A DNA stretch of 64,000 nucleotides from Auanema rhodensis (Eukaryota > Animalia > Nematoda): the NCBI GenBank assembly GCA_964057225.1, contig OZ059896.1, positions 9,238,001 through 9,302,000 on the forward strand. Reading direction: 5' to 3'. The notes under the pieces were generated by a model. That model was not told the DNA's origin. It worked only from the letters and a program-made list of their open reading frames with translations, and searched no databases. Both the position numbers and the translations under genes were made by a program. This document shows, in pieces, positions 1 through 15,410 of the stretch (positions within the stretch are counted from its first letter, which is position 1; the number at the start of each line of letters is the position of its first letter).

Positions 1-613
1 ACTGAAACTCAAATGGACTTCCAAAAATGGGGTAAGTGAGAATGGAGAGATTCATTGATGCTTTACCAACTAATCTCGTCAGCCTATTAGACAGCTTCTA
101 TTGGGTAGTTCGAAAATCTTAGTGGAATGAGAATAAAGAACATAACGGCAACAAACGCTTACAAAACTTTCATATTGGATGGAAGATGGGTATCATTTAA
201 GGATTTAGATAGATTTAAACAAAGTAATTATTTATTTTTATTTAGATATTAAAATAAACTATATGTATATATTTATATTTATTTATAGTAAATATACATA
301 TACATACATACATCTATCTAAATTCATAATTTTACTTAAATTTCTTCATAAAATAGTCCGACTATAAGGTTTGAAAATGTTTTTGTAGAGAAGAAAATAT
401 AATTTTTGGAGCAAGCAAGAAGAAGAGGAGGGAGATGTTTTGAGTTAAAACATCAAGAAAGGAGTATATAGGATATAGATATTTCCTATAAGATACTATA
501 AAATAATAGAAAATTTATATAATATTTGTTATTTGAAAATTTTAAAAATTTAAAAAAGAATTCTTACCTGTACAGCATACTATTAGCAACAAAAATATAG
601 ATGAATAATTCAT
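1..613 (-). CDS. 5' end of a secreted protein gene that continues off the left edge of the window
   Basis: Exon 613-568 reads MNYSSIFLLLIVCCT(G), a signal-peptide-like sequence, followed by a GTAAG donor. A TTTCAG acceptor on the minus strand at 7-2 puts the next exon start at position 1. Confidence 0.6.
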
Positions 614-3600
614 AGTGAATGATTATATATAATAAAGGAATGTAATTTTAAAATATATGAAACATAAGAAATGTTGTTCTTATTGGAATATATTCAATAT
701 AGTTACTGATCAGTTAAGTTTATGGAATTCTGAATTCACACACTACTTCCAATAGAGTTTCAATCAAATTCAACAGATGAGCAGAAGGTAAGAAATCGAT
801 AAATCTCAGACGATTGGAACAATTGGCTGAGTTGCTCCAGGAAAGACAAGTGAACAGCAAGAGGAATTTAGAAGAGAACGCAGTGATAGACAGAGACAAG
901 GAAAGAGTAATAGAAGTTGAAAGAAATAAGAGAGAGATTGAATAGGAGGGTGAGAGTAAAGCAGATTTAAAGAAGGACCAGCCGTGCTTCTAACACACAA
1001 ACCCACAGAAATGTCCCGAGAAGTGGAGTAAGAGCCAGAGAGAGACTGAATGTTTGAATTCGTTTGAAGAGAGAAAAGTAGAAAGAGTTGAGATTAGAAG
1101 GAAAGGATTAGTGAACCGAAGATAAACATGTCCTAATTCTGATTTATTTTGAAATTTCCATATTTAATTTTAGACAAAAAAAAAAAGTTTCATTTTAAAT
1201 ATATTTCAAATATACTTAAATGTAAGTTTTAAACTTGTTATTCAAGCTGTCAGATATCTGCTCAGATTTCTTATAAGTATATTCTCTTACACTTTATGTA
1301 ATTTGATCTGTTGGAGTAGATAGTTTTGAATACTTTTAATTGTCAAAGAATACTTAATTATTATTTTCATTCTTAACTTGAAATATTAACGATTTTTAAA
1401 CTTCTTTAACTTTTCTTAAAAGCTTAAAAGTATAGAATTAATCCAAGAGGGGTTTTACTTGATATGTATTACTTACATTTAAAATCTTATATAGTTTTAA
1501 TATACTTAATATCAATATTTATTATTAAAATAATCATATATTACAATATTTTAAAGAATATTCTTAAACAAATTGAATAAAAGTTAATTAATTTTCATTC
1601 AAAATACAAAAAAAAAGATTGGAATTGATAAAAGTGATCATATCATCAGTTTTTTTTATAAAATAATAACTATCTATCTATAATTCTTAAATTTAAAATG
1701 AATGAAGATTGTATAAATTATATGAAATTTTGGAAACAAACAGGACTTGTTTTAATTATAAAAAGGTGAAATAATTCCAAAGTTTTTATAAAGAAAATCA
1801 AATTGAATAATACATACATAGATACATGTATGTATGTCATTGTATACACCTTCGTTTTCACAACAAAAAAAAAACAATTTAAAATTAATATTTTAAAAAT
1901 TAATTTAAAATATTTAAAAATTAATTATTATTTCTTATCTATAAAATATAAATTAGTAATATATATCTGTAGTAATTTAGATTAAAATGTGGAAAATGTG
2001 ATCTAGATATGTATGTATGTTCATGTGTTGTATGTAATCGGTTCTATTTGACAAATTGCTGATGGATTAGTCATACATGAACATGAACATGTACGTATAT
2101 TAGACATATTGTACATGGGCTAAATCTTAAACATGATAGATGGAATACGGTGTACTTTGAAGGTGGTTCTCCGATTTTCTTTATAGCTTTTTCATTGAAA
2201 TAGCCATCGAGAATGAGAATACTGATGTACAGGATTCAATATGCTGTATGAATCAACATTCTAATCTGTATTCATGTAACTGAATCTAAGATATACAAGC
2301 ATTTCAGCAATTCAAATTCCATTTAGTTTTCTCATTAAAGAATAGCATAAACTTATTTATTTCTATTATAAAACTTTTTTTTTTTCAAATAAAAACTTTT
2401 CTTTTTAAAAATATCATCAAGTTTTTACGAAGAAAAATAGATCCAAATAGAACAGGTGAAACGTGAGAAACAAACATACATCCACAATCTTTTGCATCGT
2501 CATTACCATGGATGGAAAACGGTGAACGGTTTCTGCTTCTTACAATTTTTTTTTTTTTTTTGTTTCAAAATTTCTTCATCATTCTTGATCTTATATACTT
2601 TTCAATGTTCATTTCATCTCAGAAATATCCAATATTTCTTATTTTCTGTTTTAGAATAGATGAATGTTCTTTTTAATTTTCTATACTGACACTTTCTGAC
2701 TAATTTTCTGAAGTCAAAGTCGTTCATCACTAGATAACGTTTAGTTTTCCCGTTAATTACGGAACATTCAGTTTTCTTAAATCATAAATTAGCGGATGTC
2801 AATACCTTGTATTAAGAGAAAGGCAGCCGTTGAAAAATCACATTTGATGATTATCTGGACAATCCTCACACGTTTTTTTCAATTAGATCTTAAGTTTTTA
2901 TATATAAGTTTTCTTTTATTATAATAATTATTATTAATAGTAATTATATTGATTAGAACATTTGGATTAATTGAAATGAAAATCTCAATACATCATTATA
3001 ATGAAATGTTTATATCATATTTTTAAGTATTTTTCATCAATCAAACACAATTATTGAAGAAAATAACTTCTTTTCAACGTACAGTACAGCATCAGTTCCA
3101 CTTCTTACTGTTTTTCTTCTATATCCAGAACAATTATAATGATGCTTGAAACTTACATTGAATTATTGCTGTACCACTTTTCGTTTAATTTTGAACACAT
3201 CAATTTGAAAAGTAGCCAGCCAATACCTGAGGTTATTTTAATGTTTTTTTGTTTTATATTTTTCGATTCTTGATGATTGAAACTTTTCATTTTGCCGTTT
3301 TTTGTCATTCATGCTTAATTCTAAACGATTCAAACAAGGAACTGTTCAGAATAGAGGACAACTGTGGAGATGATGACCGTCTTTTTAGTTAATTATTTGT
3401 TCATCTAGCAAACTTTCCTACATCAGAATTGTTCATCTTGAGAAGGAATGTTAGAGACCAAAATAAGGTGACATCGAACAAGTGAGAATGTACGAAAGAT
3501 TGAAGAGTAATGAGGAAAACGAGGACCAGAGAGGTAGAAAATGACAGACAATGACATAGTACAGGCAGAGATCGGAAAAGAAAGAGGAATTTCATCACTG

Positions 3601-5325
3601 AAGGGCGTCAAGACTTGGTTTAGCATTAAGAATTTGCCATCAGATTTTCATCTTTTACCACTACATGGTCGTTTTTCTTTTCAATAGTTGTTAAGCCGAA
3701 TAGAACCTGGAGATGTTATCTGCATGTACAACCTTCATGCCTGAAATTTCCCACGACAAGCTTTCGTTTAGAATTCTCTGTACATGTATCAGAAGCCTAT
3801 TTCTTTAGTCTTTCTTCTCTTTGTCATTCTAAATCTCTCATTATGCACTAATATCTAACTATTTTTTCTAATTCTTCTATTAAATTTTCTCTGCTCGTTT
3901 TTTTTATTTTCATCTATGCCATCAAACGCTCAATGAACTAACTGTATGACCATATACATGTAGCTTATCGGACTTTTTTTTTTATTTCATTAAACTAATT
4001 ATACTAAATTAAAATTGTTCAAAACAACAACTACTTTTTATTTAAAATTTATAAAAAAAACTACCAAAAACATAAGTTCATGTGATCAATCATTTTGATT
4101 TAAACATTAAGTATTTTTATTTTTATTTTTCATACATTTAATAGAATTAGCTTAGAATTTTAATATTATTTTATAAATCTGTAAGAAATATGGGCCTAAT
4201 TAAGAGTTTTCGGCCTTGAAAACCGCGCCCCCAGGTCATATCTATTTCATTACAAGTCTTTCGATTATATTAGAAATGTGTTGTAAGTAATACCATTTCT
4301 CTCACAATCATATCTATTTTCTTATTTTAAAATATTATTCATTATCATCATTATCAGTAGCAGCATCATCATCATCTTCAACTTTATCATAATTATAATT
4401 CTCTAAACTTTTTTTTCCTCCGGAAACTTCACTATCATTTCGGGTTTTAACTGTTTTTTTTTGGATAAATCATTATATATAAGTTTGGTAAATTATCTAA
4501 ACTAAACGATCTATATGTGTAAATAAAAGTATAATAATTTAGTTTATCAAACTAATATAGTTGTAATGTTTAAATGGTTAACTTCTTTTATACCTTTTCC
4601 TTTTTTTTATATTTTCATTCATGATGTCATTATCTAGGTATAGTGAATGGTATATGTATGACGTCCAAACTACCTACTTACTCCTTGATTTTGAAAGAAA
4701 AAAAACTCCTTATGATGTTATTCGCTTGAAACCATGTAACCCTCCATTCACATCAACTTTTCATATATCAGTGCTACTGATCTTTATGAAATGTTTCCAC
4801 ACACACACACACACACATCTTCTTAACTGGACTTAGCACACACACACACAAGTATACGGATTACACATCCTTTCTTTCCTCTAAGATTTAATTTTTTTTT
4901 TCAAATATTCAAAACCCGTTTAAATACTTCCTCATTTTCCTTTCAATTTCTCCTTTTATGGCCTTCAACCAGAATATGGTATTTGCTTGATTATGGCTAT
5001 TCCTTCTTCACATTCTTAAACTGTTCCTTTGAATATTTGTATAGAATAATCAAATTACATTTATGGAATATCAATTAAACTTTAGAAATAAAACTGTCTT
5101 AATAGATCTTATCATATAAGGAATATTGATTTGAATTTTAAATAAAAAAAATTTGAATTGCAAACAAGTTTTAAGGCTGTATACTATTGAAACTTTTTTT
5201 TGTTACCACTTCGATTCTACTTTCAATATAGTTTCTATATTTTCTAACTCCTTATCTCATTTGAACTATTTTCAATCATGTGTTAGAACAGTAGAAAACT
5301 AAACTTTTCCACTTTCAGACGTCCC

Positions 5326-6422
5326 ATGTCCATGATGACGTCAACAATCTACGTTTTAGCCGTGACTGTTCTATTACCAACCTTAGCACAACCACTTGGA
5401 ATTTCTCGAGTACGAACAATTTTTTGATTGAAATTCAAAAAAAAAAATACATTTGAGTATTTCGTTCCAATTATTTTTTTTATTTTAGCACCGAGAAAGT
5501 TTATTTGCTGTTCGTGCTATGGATTCACCTATAACAGACTCTATACCATGTACAATTCCTGCATTTGTTAAACGTCTTCCTACAGGAATTCAGGAGAAAA
5601 TTGAAACAATCTGGAAAGATTATAACGGTGATTCGGAATGCTGGTTAGAATTAGCTCGTACTCGTAATACACTTCAACTTCTATCCCCTGAACAGAGAGA
5701 ACAAATGAAAAACAAAGATGATTGTCAGGTTAGTTAGTTTAAATAGATAGAGCAATTATGCAATTATATCCGAATTTTAATAAAATATTAGCCCCATTTT
5801 CCTTTAAAATTGAACAATTGCCATATTTCAGCCACCAGATATAATTGAAGCTTTGCCACCTAGAGCTCAGAAAAGGATTCTGGAAATTTGGAAAGATCGT
5901 GATCCGACTGGAGATTGTTGGCAACAACAAAGAAAAACAAGGTTTAGAATGAAATACAAATTAGATAAACATAGAAAGCAATGTTTTGTAGATTAATTCT
6001 TTTAAATCTACCAGCTTCTCTTCGATACCTTCTGCATCCACCAGCATTTGAATGTTCAGTTCCGCATTTCATTGATCGTTTAGAATGGGATTTGCAGGTT
6101 GGCTATATACAGCTTCTTCCATTAATCTTTAAAATTAACTTGATTCTTGTGATTCTTGTTCATGTCCAATCTTTCAGACACAATTACGTCGAATTTGGGA
6201 TGACTATACGGTTGGAGAGCCATGTGCTGATGTAAGTAATTTCTATTTTTCATTTACGGATCAGATCAATATAAATACAAAAACTGTTTCCAGAGAGTAG
6301 ACCAGCAGCTAACGCTGTTATCAGAACACGAAATCTCGCTAGAATCGTTCCAAATGCCACCACCATCTATATTTCGACGCTACGAGCTTCTTCGTAAATT
6401 GAAGCGTGCTAGTAGAGCTTAA
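5326..6422 (+). CDS. Secreted nematode protein with three tandem Cys-bounded helical repeats
   Basis: TTTCAG acceptor at 5313-5318, then a signal peptide MSMMTSTIYVLAVTVLLPTLAQP. Six GT-AG exons join in frame. Repeats: CTIPAFVKRLP..IWKDY..C, CQPPDIIEALP..IWKDR..C and CSVPHFIDRLE..IWDDY..C. Stop TAA at 6420-6422. Confidence 0.8.
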
Positions 6423-7149
6423 GCAAAAACTTCTAGTAACTATCTTTTCTTTCCATTTCTTCATCAAACCAATTCATTTTTTTTGTTGGATTCTCATATC
6501 TAATATTATAGATAGTTAGCAAAATGTCTTCATCACAACTATACGTTCTCACTGTACATCATTATTGTAGATAATATTTTCTGTATCATTACATTAGAAG
6601 ATTTGATTATATCAGCTTTACGGGATCCAATTACTGCAGCAATTTGTTCAACTTTTTCCTCTCTTTTGTCGATCCATATCATGAAATCAATTCTTGTTTT
6701 TTTACTTCGCTTTATCAAAATGAATAAAACAATGTCAACATGGAATTTCAGAGAAAACTTTTCAGATGAACATCTGGAAGAATTGATTAGATAGGAGATA
6801 CAACTTCAATGATTGATATAGCATTGATTAAACATTTTAAAAAATCGTTTTTCTTTAATTTTCTATATTCCTTTAAATGTTAGATATAAGCTGAAAAATG
6901 CTTTGAATAACGATTTCGTTTTTAAACATTTCATGAATATATAAACAGAAAAAGGAATATCTTATCTTGTGTAGTCTAGTATGAAGTGAGTAAAAAAAAG
7001 TTTCGAAAAAAATTTCGAAATGATGAATGAAGACATCTGAGAGAGAAAGATTTGCTTCAATGGTTCAAAGATGTATGAGGAGAACAAACTAAACAAGTTA
7101 ATGGAAGTTATATTAAGTGAAAGTGTCCATAAAAAATTGAAAAGAAATT

Positions 7150-7199
7150 TGAGAGAGAGAGAGCGAGAGAGAGAGAGAGAAAGAAAGAAAGAAAGAGAG
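7150..7199. repeat. (GA)n/(GAAA)n microsatellite
   Basis: Directly visible purine repeat. Confidence 0.85.
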
Positions 7200-7811
7200 T
7201 ATTGGTAAATTGCAAGAAAAAACGATAATGAGAGAGCATGATAGGCAGAAAAGTGGTATAATGGAAGAAAGACATACGAAGTTCACTACTTTAGGTCGAA
7301 GCTCAAGATCAGCAGCTCTTCATCGACAGCTGACGTCAATGACTCAGCTTTTTTTTCGAACTCTGCTCTAAAGATAATGCATGATATTCGTAATTTATGG
7401 AATTTTTAGGTATAACCTCTAAGAAAATAAGTTTTTCTGTTGTTTTTTTGAGAATTCTTTATCCCAAAAAGATATTTATATGATGTAATATCATACAAAA
7501 GCCTATCATCGCAATAAATGTTTTGTCATCATTATCTTTATAACATCCCCATTTTCCATTCCATCGACATCAGAGTAGAATCATTTTTCAATATGTTCTA
7601 ATCTTAAATATTTTTGTTACTTTGTACTTCTGTTTTATTTATTTAATTCAATCATACCATATCATTTTAGTTTGTTTTTGTTTTATTAAATATAATTTAA
7701 GCGGCTGTTTCTACTTATGTATATTTTATTTTTTTATATTTCAGAATAATTTCATAAATTTGAAATGTTGATGAGCTTAGAATTGAATAGATCATTTGTT
7801 TGGAACATGAT

Positions 7812-7840
7812 AAAACTAGGTCAGTACTATAAATATAAAA
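7812..7840 (+). promoter_or_regulatory. ROR/NHR-23-type element AAAACTAGGTCA followed by TATA-like sequences
   Basis: Match to an AT-rich extension plus AGGTCA at 7812-7823, TATAAA at 7828 and TATAAAA at 7834, about 300 nt upstream of the ATG at 8142. Confidence 0.4.
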
Positions 7841-8141
7841 ATCAAACGACTTCTCTCTATCTTTTCAACTTTTTTTCAAATAAGTTTTGAATGTTTTTTT
7901 TCGGAATTTGTTTCTCTTATTACACTTGAATCTTTGTTTTCGCTAAAAATTACAGCTTTAACCAGATTGTGCAAATCTCTTGCATATGTTAGATATGAAA
8001 TATAATTTTGCTCTTAAAATTAATATGTAAATCAATTATAATATTATATATTTTACATCTTACATCTTATATTTTATATTTTTTTTTTCTATTTCATATA
8101 CATATTGTTAAAATTTTTAATTTACAAATGACATTTCAGGA

Positions 8142-9788
8142 ATGACACATATTATAAAGCCTTTAATATTTTTATTCCTACAAGCTAGTATTCGGACAGT
8201 TTCTCTAGCTTTCAGTGAATCTGCTGAAACATCAATTACTAGTATTGAAAATAAAAATGTTGATAATAATATGACCAAGTTTAATGAATATTTGGAAGAA
8301 TTTTTTGCCCGAAATAATACCTTAGATGTTGATGAATGGATAACGTGTTTACCTGATTTGAAAGAAAAAGAAGAAATGACGGCAGTATGTTTTCACATTT
8401 ATTATATTAAACAAATTCTTTTTTTTTATTATTAAGTTGATAACAGAATTATGGGATTATGAGAGTTCAGATAATTATACATCTAACGTATTAGATAAAT
8501 ATATTCATTTACGATCTATAATAAATGTTACTCGTCTTAATGTAAGTTTTATTTTTTATTTTATTAAATATATAAATTATAATATTTTTTAATTTTACAG
8601 GATATTCTTGTAATTCATGAAAAGCCTAATCTTAATCGAAATTTACGTCGTTATTGGGGATATATGGCATTAAGAACTAAAAAATCCACAAAAAGGTAGT
8701 TGACATCATTTATGATATTTCTAATAATATTATTCATGTTTAATTCTTAATTTACTTTTAATAATTTATTTTAGAAATATCCATCATTCTGCTCCTCATT
8801 TTGAATCGGATGGAGACGTTTGCCGTGAAGCCGCATATATCTTTGAAAATACATTGTCCCGAAGTCTAGTTGTTGCCGGAGCTAGCCGATTTGCAGTTCG
8901 AGGGTAATTGAATGAATTCAAATTTTTTTCCTCTTCAGAATATCTAGAAAAAAACCCTATTCTTTTAATTCAGAAATATCTCATCATCATGTCAAAGCAA
9001 TTTCCAAATAGCTGACGCAGCTCACAACTGTGATCACATGTTTCATGTGAGTTGTTGGCGTTTCAGATTATAAAGTATCATATCATAGAAATATTAAGAA
9101 CACTAAACTATAATCGAATTTTGATAGTAAAGATAAATTATCAATTTAATTATTTTAGCATTGGAATATTGTAATTTCCAACTTATCTCTTAATACTAAT
9201 TCGATTTTTGTTCAATGGCATGGTATGGCAGAAACAAGGTAGTATACCATAACATACATATTGAAGTAATATACATATTTCCAGTTGCGAAAATGATGTA
9301 TTCATATCTACAGGAACCAAAAAAAATAAAATCTATCAGAATAATATTCCAGCTGTTATAGTATTCAATTATAATTTCTATATAATGATTATACTAATCA
9401 GGAAATATTTTCAGATTCGCAACTCCTTCAACGAAATACAAACACAAATGAAAAGTACAACTCCTGATATTGATGCTTGTCGCTTAACGGCAGGGTCAAA
9501 TGTCTTTGGCAGATATCTTAATGGGGTTCCATCTTTGAATGTATGTAATACATCCGCTACTATTGAGGTATTTGAAATATTTTAATATATGACGTCATTT
9601 ATGAATATACAAAGAATAACAATACATTCCTATATTGTTTTCAATATTTTATTTAGAATATACATGGCATATTCGTTCATATTGAGCAGAAACGACAAGC
9701 TCGAGATGCTTTGAAACTATGGGGCGATGTCATTCGACATGCATATGCAACTGATGACGAAAGCTCCAGTAATCGAACAACTTCCTAA
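8142..9788 (+). CDS. Secreted protein of about 360 aa, putative Zn-dependent amidohydrolase/peptidase of microbial type
   Basis: Nine exons join in frame (approx. 8142-8384, 8437-8541, 8601-8695, 8775-8903, 8974-9046, 9159-9238, 9285-9360, 9415-9567, 9657-9788). Hydrophobic N-terminus; motifs IHHSAPHFESDG, LVVAGASR, ADAAH, FVQWHGM, CRLTAGSNVFGRYLNG and FVHIEQ. The gene model is solid; the function is inferred. Confidence 0.75.
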
Positions 9789-12700
9789 TGTTTCATCCGT
9801 CTATGTCAAGAAATCAAGAAATCCCATGTTAATAGAAACATTGTTTGTGCCAATGCTTCCTATTTTAATTGTATTAAATTCTGTTTTTTTTTTCTTGTAT
9901 GTACATATGAATATATACATGTTTTTTAGTATTTATTATTTAATTTTCTTTTGTAATTTTAACACATCTATAGTAATTACACAAATATAGACAATCTTCT
10001 CAAGCTTTAGATCGTTTTGCTTTCATGTCATTCATATTATTGATTTGTCCAAATAATAATACTTTCTTGTTATGTTTTAACTATATTTTTGAGAATCTAG
10101 CCTAATGTTCTTCTTTTTTTTCTCTGATCAAGTTAGTTGTCTTCTTTTTATTTTCAATTTGTGCATGATAAATAAAGAAGGAACATAGCTTTGGAAGATA
10201 AAATAGAAAATTGAAAAACGTTGAACCGTCTGAACAGAGAGAAACTTCATTTAGATTTTCAGGATTTTGAGAAGAGAAGTTGAGTTAAGGATTAATAAAT
10301 AATAGAAGTGATAAAGATTTATACTTTTCTGAAGTTGATATTTTGAACTAAACAATGAAACCAAAGAAAAAAGAAAAATCTAAAACACTTTAGTTCAATT
10401 AAAGACCAACAATGAAATAATAGAAAATAGTGATAGTTTATCCTCTTGAGATATGTAAAAACAAATATAAGTTTTTTTGTTGGCATCAATTGATCTTCGT
10501 TAGAATCATTTGTTTTACAATTGAACAACTATATTTGTTATTTCATATTTTTCAAATGTTTAGAATGTTATATACTTCAATTTAGAAACTAAAATTCGTT
10601 TTCGAGAGCTTAATTGAAGGTATATCAGGTTGTATAAAAGTTAAGGAAACTTCCCTGTTCATTTGCAAATAACGTGAAACGCACATAAAAAACACAACCG
10701 ACTGCAGTCATTCCAAGGAAAAAATAAAGTGTAAGTTTTTTCTGATTGCAAGTGAAAACCATATGAAATCAATAATATAATATGACCGGATGATCTGACA
10801 ACGGTAAGAAGGGACAGTAAAGCAATAGAGATGATAGAATGAAAGAAGAAGCTGGCGTACAGGAGAAAGCAGAAGACTGGACAGCCTATTTTCCTTTCCA
10901 CTTGCCCTCAGTCTATCCACCTGATCATCATCACCACCACTTTGAATAGGAAGAATCAGAAGAAGAGAGGACACACGAAAGAGTGCTTAGGACACAAACT
11001 TTTAGAGAGAGATACAACCCCGATAGAGGAGAGAACAGGGACGCAGCGTTACAGCGCCACCACTACCACCATCAAACAACCCCCTTCCCGATCACCGGTC
11101 CGAAACAAGCGTATTTTTGCCACTGGTAAGGAAACCCCTCTCTGGGTTTTAACTAATATTGTCTTCAAAAATCTTGTCTTGTAATAAAACTTTATGCTCA
11201 TTTTTAGTATTAGTCCAGTTTATCACGATACTATGTTCATTGATCTACATCTAGCCTATAATTATTTTATTTTAATCAATTTAAGTTTCAAACACTCAAA
11301 ACTACGGAAAGGTTCACAGACATTCAATTATGTTTTCTTTCCTCGCACTTAACTGAATAAACATCAAGAAAGTTCGTCAATTTTTTTAAAAGCGAACTAG
11401 AAAATTTTACAAGGTACGTGATTTCGCGTAAACCACTCCGATCACGTACTTTGGAAAAGTTTGCAATGATCGCCACTTTGGCAACCTCATATGTTATTAA
11501 GAGCTTCTCCTTTTTAACTTAAATAAAACTTTTCTGAACAATGCATTAATATACTCTCGCTTTACATGGTTATACAGAATCATTAATATTTTCAAAATCT
11601 AATTCACACAATGGTATTACCTAATATTAAATCTTACCCAATATTTCAGCTATGCTTGCCTTTGCATCACAATAAAAATTTAAAAGTATCTCTCAATGCC
11701 CCGCTGGATTTTCTATTTTCCTTTGGTTTTCTCATGGCGGTTTTACATTTCTTCCTGATTACTGCTTAAATTCTCTCTTATTTATAATTAAGACAGCCAT
11801 CTTCGCCTTCTATTCGATTGTAGGTGGCTCTATGAAGCTATTATTGGAGGGAGGCGGAGAAGGTTAAATGAGAACAGACAGCGAGGACATCATTGCGAAA
11901 TAGCCGTAGGGGAATTTCATGCTCCTTCCGCTTTCTTCAATGTAGTTTTTGTTTTTACTAAGCACTAGTTCCCTTCAAATGTTCTATTGCTGTATCTCAG
12001 AGTTTGTGTGAAGTGTTAGTTTTGAATATTTATTTTGAAACTACTCTCCTTGGACCTAAAAACAACTATACATCCTTGCAACTTTAAAACATTCGGATGT
12101 TAAACAGCTTGAATTCAATTTACTACTCTTATATTATGACGCACAGAAATTCAGCGAATAGATTCCTATTAAACCCATAAGTTAAGGCAAAAGTAAGGTT
12201 GGGATAATGTTTTTGTTCAAGGAATATATTGCATGAATATTTGAAACATTCTCGTAATTCAGTTCATTCTTCTATCCATGTGACTAGTTATGGGTTTCCA
12301 GTCTTCCTTAAGCTTTATATTTCGCAACCGCTAAAGTTGTTTATGGCCTACAGCATCCATGTGGTTTGGTTATGAAATAATGAAGGATGTTCACTTTAAA
12401 GATAGTTCACTTTTCAATATCGATTTACTTTTTTTTGTTCTTGTTCCTTACTTTATGCAAAGTGTTACATATATTGTTTAGAACGTACAACAGTTGGTTT
12501 TAGTTCAGAAAGATGAATCATAAGTTTTAACTAATATTTCATTTTGTTCTTGAATTATTGTGAATATATATTTGTTATCTGTTCAATTGTTTTTTGAAAA
12601 TTTCTAGTCTAAAATGTGAATACTCGTATGTTTCGACAAGAAAATCTCCCGAAATAGCTTATTTCTTCTAAGAAGTTCCACATTACTTTTGTACTCCCTT

Positions 12701-13560
12701 AATTTGAAAATGGAAATCCGTCTTATTTAACACAGCTGTGCGTCTGCATACTAGTTTTTTTCTATTTTATTCTTCTCGAAAACTCAACATAAAAACTGAA
12801 ACTGCTAACATTTTTGAGTTATTCTTTTATTCGGATGAAGATAACCTTGAATTTACCATTTTTTTAAAATTTTGAAAAGTGCACCAGATTATAACATATC
12901 TTCTGATAGTGATTTCAATTTTTCTTATTTTTCTCTTCAGTTTGCCTTATCATTCGGAATGCCACGTAAGATAAAACATTTCAGAACATCTTGCTGTTGT
13001 TTGTTTAATTTGTTTTATTAATACCAATTTTTGTATAATATATAACTTTTAGTACATATTTTTGCAAATCAGCATTTAAAGTTCATATCAAACTTAGAAA
13101 CATTAGAAGCAATATTTCAAAAACATTTTACACCAGCAAGGTCTTTGCTGTATATGCTTATCGCCTTTTTCAAATAGACGATGTCGTGTAAATATATATG
13201 ATGCCCTCCCCATGTCTGGTTATAGACTATTTCCAAAGCTTTTACAAAATAATATATATGTGTATATGTTTATGCGCCGAACGAGAAGTGTTCTAAGCTA
13301 TTCCAAATTTTACCGCTTATGAATCGTTTTGATAAGACTTAATCATATTCCTTTCTATTATTTGACAACATGATGAAATGGAAAAGAAATGTTAGTTACA
13401 AAGGTGGGCGTATTCATTTAATTTCAACTTGTAAAATTAGTTAAAACGTTGTATTATAATCATTGAGTATATTTTTATTTGTTCAATTTACTCCTTTTCT
13501 TTTTCCGGTGATTTTTTCCTTTTTTTTTTAATTTAAAAAAAAAATTTACTTTTAGATAGT

Positions 13561-15410
<1,850 letters not shown>

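Noticed and set aside
806-1110. GA-rich stretch with a minus-strand ORF
   Set aside because: Compositional bias upstream of the gene starting at 613; no coding evidence.
3040-3312. Possible small spliced gene on the minus strand (IGWLLFKLMCSK...)
   Set aside because: Donor and acceptor-like sites exist, but I found no start exon in a compatible phase and no recognisable homology.
10659-11184. Three overlapping ORFs upstream of kgb-1
   Set aside because: Purine-rich promoter or UTR-like sequence with no coding motif; more likely a non-coding first exon.
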